IMG/VR virus record: IMGVR_UViG_3300032087_004307
Location: 1,738-65,737 of that record
Length of the DNA stretch: 64,000 nucleotides
DNA from: a virus
Lineage: Duplodnaviria > Caudoviricetes
Strand: one strand, 5' to 3'
Made by a program: the position numbers and the translations under genes. Below the pieces are notes generated by a model. The model saw nothing but the letters and a program-made list of their open reading frames with translations, ran no database searches and was not told the origin of the DNA. Numbering within the stretch: position 1 is the stretch's first letter; every line of letters begins with the position of its first letter. This document shows positions 11,001-23,000 of this stretch, piece after piece.

Positions 11001-14000
11001 GGTCCAGTAAATGCGATTTCTTTTTGTATAAATCCTGGTATTACTCCTTTAAAAGGATCATAAAAATGTAAATCGTATTCTTTTTCACCAGTTTCTTGAT
11101 CATATATAATTGCATTGTCTACAAAAGTTGTATCAACCAAATTAGGCTGTGTTGCTTTTGCTACATTGCTTTCTAAATATGCCCAACCTGAATCATTATA
11201 ATTATCAATCCAAACATTGCTTAGTGTTTCTAGGTTTACATTTACACCATCTTTAACAACAACATTGCCATTATTTTTATTGTATCTTGCACTCTCTAAA
11301 TATAACACACTACATTCTTGTTGTAAGTTAAGTGTATTTACTGGCTCTCCACTAGTTGTTCGTAATTCGTACTGGAACATGTCAGTTGTAAATACAACAT
11401 TTGCATCTCCTAAAATACTATTAGGATCTTGACCATTACGCCCTACACCTGAATCTGAATCCCCTGGACTACCATTACTGCCATATCCATCACCAATTGT
11501 GTCAATACAATTAATTGATATTACTGGTGAATCTGGTATTGTTGCTACCTGGAATCTGTTATCGTCTAATAAATTTGTTCCGGATTCTATTTTATTTGCT
11601 CTTCTAATTGGTGAGTTAGGTGTTTCTAATACTGCACTAATACATAAACTGTCAATATTATAATCTCCAGGCGGTATACCTAGTTTTTCTAGGAATCCTG
11701 GTGTAAGTTCATCAATTGCTATACCGTCATATCCAGGTGTTCTGAATTTTAACAAGTCAATTAAGTCATTTACATTTTCTGTATCAATATGTATTTTATC
11801 TGGATCGTATCCTGCATCAAATAATGCATTATTTAAACATGCCGCAATATCTTCTGGGATATTAATATCTATAACTTGATCTGGGAAGCCTAATTTAGAT
11901 TTAGCATCTCCCTTTTCAGAGCAGTCAGGTATTTCCCTTGCTGTTAGGAATACCCTAGCACCAGTACCACCACCAACTAAACCATTAAGTGGGTCATAGC
12001 CTCCTGGTGATTCCAGTCTATCGTTATCGTTTAAAGGATCAAATTGTCCTAATCCTGTACCTTGGAAAAATACTCCGTTTGCATCTACGCCTGATTCGTC
12101 TCCTAAACCAACAGCATCGTACTCCAATGGTACACCTTGTGTTAAGTCTGCAGGAAACTGTTTATAAATTCCTCGATCAATAATTTGTAAACTTGTAATA
12201 GTTCCGTTTGCATCAACACTTGATACAATAAACTTGGCTACTCTAGGTGGTAGTCCTCTTCCGGTACCTATTTTAACAGATACTTCTGCAGGAATTCCAT
12301 TTTGTATAGCACCTTCTCCTAAATCTAGAATTTTTACTTTAGGCGGTCTTGCAAAGTCATATCCTTCACCGCCTGAAATTATTTCTATACTTGCTATTCC
12401 ACCGTTTTCATTTAATATTACAGTACCTGCTTTTGCACCTGAACCTGGTGTAGTACCGTCTCCAATATAAACTTTAACATTTCCGGCACTGGTGTAATTC
12501 ATACCAGGCATATCGATACAGAATTCTGTAATACCACCATATGGATTTTCTATTGGTAACCCACCAACTATTCTTAATCTATCACCAACACCATAACCAC
12601 TACCACCTGTTGTTTTAGAAGTTGTTTTGCTAGAAAGTATTTTACCATTATCCATATCTGGAGATGATACATTTCTTCCTGCTCCTGTATAATCAGTAAC
12701 TGTGCCAGATGCATTATACAAAGTATACATTTGTGATGTGCCTGCTCTAGCATCAACACCTACATTACCATTTGCATATCCGTAACCTGTGGTTGCTGGT
12801 ATTACTGCTGTATTACTTGTTTCTGTTTCGCTTTGTTCAAATCCTCTAACAACATGGAAGTCTAATACTTCTTTGTAAATGCCTCCTGAACAACCGTCTC
12901 TGATTGTTAATGGCGCATTACTACAACTACTAACTCTTAGTGCTGGTTTGCCATCTTTAAACGTATCATGTACCATAAAGCCACTGCCTTGAGTACATCT
13001 TAAAGCATTTTCAACTACTTTGGTATCTGAACCTGGGAATTTAATTTTTGTATTATTAATAATTAATTCATCACCTGGTGTAATACCTGTCATATCATCT
13101 AGTGCAATAGTATGTCCAGGAGTAGGTCTACTTAAATCACAATATACTGTTGGACCTGCTGGAATATAATTTCCATTTTTGTCTTTAATTTTAGGAGTAA
13201 TTCCTATAACTGGGCTTTCACTATATGTAACATTACTGTCATATGGTGAGTCTTCAGCCGGCAATGTATAACCTGGTTCTAGATTAATTGACCCATTATC
13301 AGGATTAGGTAAAATATTAGGTATTTGACCAGGATAGTTTAATATCACATCACTTGCTGGTATGCCACCTGATAAATTAAAGTCGTCAAGTACATTTCCT
13401 ATAACTGTGCCGTCCTGCAATCTAATATCAGTACCTATTTTTCCTGGTGTATATGTAAAGAAAGTATTACCTTTTTTGTAATAATTGTCTCCTGTATATG
13501 TAAGCTCGTTCCAGAACGGATAGTTTGAAATATCTAATGCTCTTAGTTTACCAGGCTTACTTGGTGCAACGTTTCTTAAAGGTTGTGCAAGAGGTAATAT
13601 TTTTCCTCCTGTAACACGTTGTACAGTATTGTTTACAAATTGTGAGCCTGTTAATGGTTGATATTTTCCATAACTATTACTTGCTGTAACTTTAACTGTC
13701 TTTTTAAATATATCAGGAATCATACTGAAACCTGCCATAGGTGCTAATCCCATTCCTCCATAGTTTGCTGAATAATGATGACTGGTACCTGATTGTTTTA
13801 TTGACCCGCCACCGCCTCCACCGCCAGGCTTTCCTATACTCTGATAATAATTATACATCATATTAGACTGTGATCCGTAACTACTATAGCCACCGCCACC
13901 GCCGCCACCGCCACCTACGCCACCATAAGATGCTCCAGTATTTTTCTTAGTGGTTGTTTGGTTACCACCTGGAGAGTAAATAGGTGTCTGTACGCCTGTG

Positions 14001-17000
14001 GAAGGTGTTGGTGTCTGAGGATTATAAATTGCTACATTACAAGATTGGCCTGGTGCAGGATTGCTCTTTGGCTCTGGCGGTTTAGGTGGTGTGTCTGGTA
14101 ATTTGATTACATATCTATATACAATAGAAGGCTTATTAACTTTTACTTTAAGGTAAGTACCATTATTAATATCTACCGCTACAGTTAATTTACCACCATA
14201 TCTTACATTTTGACCAGAGTGTGCGAAGTCTATAACTTTAGAGCCACTACCAAACTTGGTTGCATTGTTTGAACCTGCTTTTGTGAGTATTTCTTGTTTT
14301 TCAGCATCTGTAAGTTTTATAACTGAGCCTTGGTCCATTGTTCCGCCAAGTCTTTTGCTTTCTCCACCTTTACTTACACCTTGGAATACTTCTAATCTGT
14401 CAGCACCGCTGTACATATCAAATAATATTTCTACTACACCACTTCCTTTTAATGTATAAAAATTATTGTCTTCCTGATTTGCTGATCTATTATGTTGCTC
14501 ATGAAATGTAATATTAGAATTACTGTAATTTTGAGATACAGGCAAGTTAGCATATCCTGATGTTGATCCTGGGCCCGGCTGTAGTGATTTAGTACATGTA
14601 TCTAATCCTGATGAGCTTGTAGAAATATGCATACACAAACCATGCCAATGGTTACTACCACCCCTACATGTGCCTTTAAATTGTATTATGTCTCCTGCAG
14701 AAACAGTAAATGCTTTTACTCCACCTGGTCCATTAAAACTAAATCCTTTACCTGTATGTACGGAATTTTGTCTTCCTAAATTTGTTGTACCATTAGTAAC
14801 ATTGTTAATTTTTACATAAGTTCTATCGTTATAACCACTTCTACCTGCATTATAAACATGAGCATAAAAAGTTCCTGCTTTATTGAATTTCAATTTCATA
14901 TTAAAATTCATTGTGCTACCATTATCACTCCATGTCATAACACCTGCTAAACCTCTAGCACTAAGTCCGCCTCTACTTCCACCAACTTGGCTAACATATC
15001 CTGCATTAGGTCCTTTGAGTACATAATGTCCTGACCAATTTCCTCCAAAACGTCTATCTCCATGACCTCTTCCGCTAATACTATAAACTCCAGGATTTCC
15101 TGCTGAGTCTACTAATGAGCCACCAAAGCAGGTTGTTGTCATTACTGGAGGACTTACAACTCCACCTGATACTGGTACAGCCGGAGTTGGAGGTATATGT
15201 ATAGGACTACACATATCAACACAAGGTTTTTTACTAATATTTGCAACTGCTTTTCTAGGATCAATAATTGGTTTAGCACCACTATCTATTCCGGAGCCTG
15301 GTACAGGTGTACCATTCTCATCAGGGAAATTAAATAAAGGAACCTTTGATGGGTCTGTTGGTATACCATAATTGTTTTTACTGCCCAAGTAAAATGGATT
15401 TTTAGTGCCTGTGTTTAAAGTTGTTGCTGGGTCATTACCAACAGCATCAGTTAAATTGGTTGGGAAATCTGGATTATTTGGATCATTTACAAATCCTTTT
15501 TTATTAATTCTATAATTTAAATCACCTGCTTTTGTTAATCCGTCGCCTAATAATGTATTTTCTACATTGTCGGCATTAACATATGGTGAATACCCATCAA
15601 CTTGTCTGTAATCACTTAAAATAGGAGTAAGTTTATTATTATTTTTACCAGTAATCATTGCAAACGATATTTGAGTATGGTCATTATCTACTGCACCACG
15701 TCTTAAAGCCATTGCATTGTTAATACTATCTACAACATCTTCTTCTGATTTAATATCTCCTAATACAATCTCTGTGTTGTTGAGTTTAATTTTATTGTGA
15801 TCTACAGTTGTTAAAAGAGCTGGTTTTCCAACATTTAGATTATCAGATTCAAAAGTTGATCCTGAAGTAAATGCATTTGCGGCCACATAAGTAACAACTC
15901 CATTAAGTATTCTTTCACCTTTTGCAAAAGAAGTACTTGGTGCCCATGCTGTAAACTGAGCATTGGCCACATCAGCAAAACTAAATGCATCAGAAATAGT
16001 AATTGTGTTAGATGTTCCTGTTGTGACTCCTGTCACAGTATAAACTTTGTTGTAATAGTCTGGTTCAGCCATGTGTACAGCAATACGTTTTCCTACATAT
16101 TCTTCGCTGATGCCATGGTCTTTATCAGTGTGAATTACCATACCAGGTTTGATAATATTTCCTGTTTTACTTACATTTGCATTATAAGGTTGGTTAATTA
16201 CAAAAGTATCTTCTGTAGCACTCTCTATGTAATAATATCCACTATATGCACTAGCAATTAATTTTACTACATCACCTTGTGCCAAATTATGGTCTACTGT
16301 ATTGGCTGTAATTTTAGTTTTGCCATAGTAAGCAATGCTTAAAATATCTCCTGAAATATTAGATGTAACATTTGCATCATAAACTGTAAATCCTGCACTT
16401 GTAACATTTGAGATAGTATAATCTTTTGTATGTAAATTACTATGATTATTGTATTTAAATCCTGTAACTCCCATTACAGCAGTATCGATCTTGTCGTAAT
16501 ATATACTTGCATTACTATCTAATGGGAAGTCATCGCTTTGTATAGCGATTGCTGTACCTGAAGGATCTATATCACAAATTGGGTATACTCTTCCATTGTA
16601 ATCACTATTAGTAGAAACTACTTCAATAGAACTTCCTATTTGAACCATATTGGCTGGCCCATAAGTTTGTAAATTGCCACTTACAGAAACCCACAACTTC
16701 GTAAGATCTGTTTTGCGTACGTCTATCGCTTCGCCACTAACACTTAAATAACTTGTTGGTATTGTTAGTGAATTGTTATTTCCTATATACTCTGTAGCAG
16801 TTGTTTTAACAACTGTACCAGTACCTGTGCCGGCTGTAGTGGCTGTAAATATATCACCTACATCATAAGTAACACCTGAAGTACCTGCAGGAAGATTAAA
16901 ATCGGTATTGCCTAATGAATTAATACTGTACTCTACATTTGCTACTATATTACCTGCAGTAACTTCTGCATACTGAGCCGCTTCAATATCATGTATTGGT

Positions 17001-20000
17001 ATCGGATTGGTGTTACCAGCATAAAATACATCTTGCAATGTTAAGTCTTCACTTAATGACATTGTTTGTGTATTACTTCCAACACTGAATATTAATGTTT
17101 CAGTATTAGAATAATGAGTTAGGTTAATTACAGTCATTGATATTTGAGCAGGTTGCCCTTCTCTAAAGCCTATAAGATCACCATTTTCCAGATTATACAT
17201 GCTTGTTGTAATTGTTGCTAAACCTGTTGTAAAAGTAATCTCTGTTCCTGTTGGGAGGGCTACTCCGAAAGGTTGTGACAATGTTAAGGTTGTGCTGTCA
17301 TGTACTGTTGCTATTGTAGATATGTTACCTAGCACAGTACCTTGTGTTGATAAAATCATACCTTGTGTAAGTCCACTTGTATTGCCTACATTTATTGTGG
17401 TATGGGTCGCATTAACATTGGAGGTCAATGTTGCTGTTTTAATTTCTACGTTTGCCACAGCAACAGCATTATCGGAAGTTGCTGGTTCAATGTTACTAAT
17501 TGGCATAACATTTGCTGGTCCAATATTGGCTATGTTTGCCGCAATCATATTTGCACCTGCAAAATCTGTTATCTTGACACCTTTTTTATCTACTACTTGC
17601 TGGTTAGTCCAAACTACAAATTGGTCAGTTAGGTCTGCATCTTTAATTACCAAATGATAGTCTAAATATCTGTTATTATCTTCCCCGCCTATTGCATTGT
17701 TATCAACGTAACTGAATAAATCTACATCGTTCATATACAAATATGCAGTTTCTGTAATATTATCTTGTTCAACAAAGCTCAGTGTTGAGTTTGTATCTGT
17801 AAGTTTATAAACATTCCAATCCTGGTTTTCTGCTTTTGCTATGTGAATTGTATCATTTGCTTCAGGTTTAAAAACTACATTATCACCAAATAATTGTGCA
17901 ATACTTGGAATGTTAAAAGCACTATACGTTACATTACTTGTATTAACGTATCCTGCATTTGGCAATGGCTTAAATTTACTATCTGTAATACCCAATGCAC
18001 TAACATTTGACGTAGTTTTCCAAAGCTCATCTGATCTTAAACCAGTAGGCTTTTTAAGGAATTTACTAGTATCATCAATATCTAAAAGTATGATTTCATC
18101 GTCATTAGCATCTGGTGTAATTTCATAATTTCTTACAGCAGTAATTCTTGCAGTAATATCATCATTTGTTGTTGCTTTTATGTTTAGTGTTGCTCCAGGA
18201 ACGTCGCCTTTAAATGCATCCACAAAATCAATTGTTGAATGCTCAACAATGTAAACATTTGAATTTGTTGTGAGTTGTTTTTTAGGCAATAAATCCACAT
18301 TTGCAAAAGTAATAGTGTTACTTGTTACTGTATAATAAATTATATCGCCTTCGTTTTCAATATAGTCTCCGTCAATATAAACATCAATAAATGCATAATC
18401 ATTATTATCTATAGTAGTGTAATTTGTTGCATCAAAACTTGTACTACCGTTTATAAGATTTGTTGTTAAACCTGTACTAGTTGTAGTTAAACCGTATGTT
18501 ATACTACCTGTTGAAGTATCTGCAAGTGGAGATATCTGCCATCTGTCTCCAGCATCGTAATCATAATTACTACTAGATACTGTTGAGTTATTAACTAATA
18601 CATTTATATTTGCTTTTACAGTATTATTTGCAGTGGATAATTTATAACGTTGTCTAGGTTGATACCTTTTAGAATTTTCTAAATTTAATTTGTTTAATGT
18701 AACATTACTATCATCGTCGCTTAAAGCAAAATCGTTACCTGAAATTTTTAAGTATGTAAAGTATCCAACATTTGAAGCATTGCTACTTATATTGCTTACT
18801 GCACTAGTTGTAATTACACTTGCGGTAATACTAGCATTAATTGTGGCATCTTGGTTTATAAATGTGGCCACATTTGCTAAGTCTGTAATACTGCCTAAGT
18901 TATATGTTGATGAAACATTTGCATTTCCACTTGCATTAATAACAGTTAAATTTCCTAGTCCTGTTATATTTGAAACATCGCTGTTCACTAATAAATTTGC
19001 ATTGGCATTGCTATATTCTTTTAATGTTACATAACCACTAGACATTGCGTCTACTTTAACAAAAGTTTGTGTAGTGTCGTTAGTAACAATGTTTGCTGTT
19101 TCAATTGTTAAGCCTGTTCCTGCAACATATCCTGTTCCTGCATTAGTAATGTTTACGCCACTAAGCTCTCCATTACTATTTAAAATTGCTTCTGCTGTTG
19201 CAACATTACTTCCTGTTGTAGGATTGTTTATTGTAATAGTTGGCAATTCAAAATATCTGTGTTTAGAATTTATAACATCAATTCTGGAAACTGTTCCTGT
19301 TGTATCTTGTGGGAAGGCTAATGATATAAGTTGTGGATCTTGCACAACATTTGCTCTATCTATTTTTAATTCAATACTTTGATTATTAGCAACATCACCA
19401 AAGTCACCAACTTTAATAGCCCATTCGTCATAAACGTTCATATCTCCCTGAACAATTTTACTACTTCTTGCTATTCTGCTTAAACTGGTTCCAGTTCCTT
19501 TATTCTGGATCATTCCTTTATAGAAGTCAAACTGTTGATCGTCTGTAATATCTAATTCGTTAAGATATGATCTTTCCTGATAACCATATAAACGTCTACT
19601 TGCTTCGTATACATCACGTTCTACGGGTACAAATCCTTGCTCTGTATAACGGCCCATTGTTTGAGCTAAATTGTCTAAGTTAGGTATAAGTTCGTCACCA
19701 TTTACAATAAACCCGCTCGTGGTTAATTTTCCGTCCCAATCTAAAGTTCTGGTTGCTTTAATTTTTATACGATTTTGTCTCTGATTTATAACAGGGTCAT
19801 TTACGGTATCAGCAAAGTCTGTTACATTGTCTATTACCATAGCATGTTCTATTTCTTTACTATATAATACTATTCCATATATGTCAGAACCTGTTGGAGG
19901 AGTTATCTCTATACTAGTTCCTTCTCTTAAAATATCACATTCTGTAGGCTCTATTGCTTTACCTGTTTGGTCCATAATTGAGAACATGTCTCTTTCTGAT

Positions 20001-23000
20001 CTATTTACTTTTGCTACAAATCCATTAGGTGGAGTGAATTTTAATTTACCTGCTAAAGGAGAAAGTTCTATGGTGTTACCTACTTGCCAACTTCCTGTAG
20101 TCCAGAATAAATATTGTTTTGCACCAAATAACCAATTTCTAGTATCGCCTATACTCACGTCATATGTTGATAAGTTGTAGCCTGCTCTTTCCTGATACCT
20201 TCCTAAGGCAATTAGGAAATTGAATAAACTTTGAATGTTTGTATATTCTGTTTCATAATAAACACGTTCTACTATGTTTGTAGACTGTTGATAATACGTT
20301 GCACTTGCAGTATCTTCTTGAGGTAAACTACTTATAGATTGCCAAAATACTATGTTAAAAGTATCACTACTTGGTACATCAGATTTGGCTTTGTAGTAAG
20401 CACCGTTATGTATAATATAAGAATTATTTGAATATGAAACGTTTGCTGTCCATGTACTATGACTTACTGTATTACCGCCTACCTGTACATTTTCTGTGGG
20501 GCCGTTGGTATCAAGTTGTAATGTATCAAAGTAACCTAACTTTTTATCATAACCTCTAACTTTCCAACCATCAGCAGTTTTTTCTACAATTACACCACTA
20601 TAATAGTTTCTTGTTTTATATCCTGAGTCATGTATAGCAACTGTGATATTATCATCCGGTAAAATTAAGTTTGTAGAACTACCTGTGGCACTATATTGAT
20701 CTAATGTCAACCTCATTGTGTCTTTGTCCACAAATCCAGCAAACCTATGTCCTAGTTTTATATTTAAAGTTCTTATTTTTTGTGCAAAACTTTCTGAGGT
20801 ATTAAGGCCTTGGAAGTTAAGCCATGAATGTATAAACTGGGTATATCCAATATTTGTAATATTATTTCCATTACTATCTAAATCACCATGAATATTAAAG
20901 TCGTTGCTGTCTGTAAATAACCATTTCTTTCTAGTTACTGTGCTAACTGGATGTCTTTTATCTATATCTGTAATAACAATTTTAGTAGGGTCTGAAAATA
21001 CTGTTGCAAACAAACCTGGTTTTGCAATTAGTAATGCCTCTACTACAGCAAATGGATATGATACTGAATACTTCCATGCATTTTCTACTGGAGCACCATC
21101 TCCTAATTTCCATGGATCACTGATATTATTTGTTGTTGTTTGCACTTCTGAGAACAAACTTTGTAAAGCCATATTTGCAGTAGAATCAAATGTTCCTTGA
21201 TTGTTATTATTTCCTGCATTAGGTAGTGCAAAAAACTTATTACTATATGTACTGTCTTCTGGGTTTGGAACAGTATTGTTTGTAAAGGATTTTGTGCCAC
21301 CACCAATGTGATATGGGAACATTGGGTTACCATTATCATCTTGTGTGCAAACATAATAATAAATTGGTGTGCTTGGTGATTCAGGCGTTTTACCGAATCT
21401 TACATTGTATTTTCCTGCACCATTATTACCTACATATCCTGGTTGACTTGCGAGATTACTATCAAATGTAAAGTCTTCAACAAACTCTCCTGTATGTGCA
21501 CCACCTATTGATGTATCTCTGGTAGCCGATACTTTAAGAGAAAAACAACTCTTTATATTTGTAATTTCGTTATCTGTTATATCACCATTAGTATCTAAAC
21601 CTTTGTAACCATATGGTCCGTAAATTGGTAAGCCGTCAAATGCCCAACCCACTATGCCTGAGTGTGTTGTTGCATTACCCCATGCTGTTTCACCTACTAC
21701 TTCTGCATTTATTGTGTGGTAATATTGCACACCGTCGCTTGTAGTATTTCCTAATGCAAAGGCACTATTTGCCAATTCAACTCTATTGTAATGATAGTCT
21801 GAAGTTCCGTAAAAATTTGTATCCTGAATATTATAAATAGGTAGTCCGTTATTAAGTACTCCAATTGCACCGTCTGTTTGTGCTGTTTCACTTGCTATGT
21901 TACTACTTAAATTTTTCCTTGGAATACTGTACCTAAGTTTTTGCTGTTTTGCATCAGTATATTCTATGCTGTTATCTGCAATACTTACATTATGTGTTAA
22001 GATATTTGTACTTTCAACAAAAACATTTGCATTATTATAATTAACATTTAAACCATCTAAACTTCTAAAACTTGTTGTAACATAACCCTGTGATGTATTA
22101 ACTATTGTATTTGTAAATGTAGGTGTTAAAGTTGTACTTCCTGTTGTTGCAATATCGTAAGGAGATTTTAACTGCCCTTCAGTATTTACAGGTAAGATAT
22201 CAAGTAATCCTATTCTTCTAAATGGATTAAATTCTGCTAATTTATATGTATTATTTGTTAAATTTTCTCTACTACCACTAATAATTTTACCTTGTTCAAT
22301 ATCACTCCACATAGGTGAATTACTACTGCTATAGTCTGTGTACGTTGCAGTAATATATGTACTATCCCACCATGCTGGTTTTTCTGTAAAGCCTAGCATT
22401 TCCCATGGATGAGTATGTGGTCTTACTGTATCATAATAATACTCGTACCAACCTCTCCAATGTCCAGGTGTATCGCTTGTACCCCTATAGTTCCAGGTAA
22501 ATTCATTAGTTAAGTCATAAAAATCATTTGCAATAGGGTCTACTTTATTCTCAGAAGTCCAATTAGCAAAGTTTAAATTTAATAAATCATGCCAATCATT
22601 ATTTTCATAATCTGTTTGTCTAAAATATCCAGGTTTTATATTTACTTGGCTATATAACCCTAGGCCATTAGCATTTCTAAATTCTGCTTTTGCGGAATTA
22701 TACAACCTGTTTTCAAATTCTAGTATTATGTCGTCTCTTCTGTCGCCTAATAATGCAGTTCTTGAACCATCATGACCTACTATTAATGTTTGTGGTGTTT
22801 GGAAACTGCTATCTGTTTCTTTAGCAGGTTGGTAGAGAGGGTATAAACCCATAGCACTTGGTGTTGGAGGACATTGGGCACTATCTCTATCTGTATTGTA
22901 AAATTTAAATGTTATTGTATCACCAGTATTAAAATCATTTGAATTTAAAATACTTATTGTAATTGGGTTGTATGAAGTAATTGTGTAGTCTTTATCAACA

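Noticed and set aside
15100-15140. Possible intein start (TCFGGSLV) in the giant protein
   Set aside because: No block B TxxH at suitable spacing and no HN-[CST] terminus found
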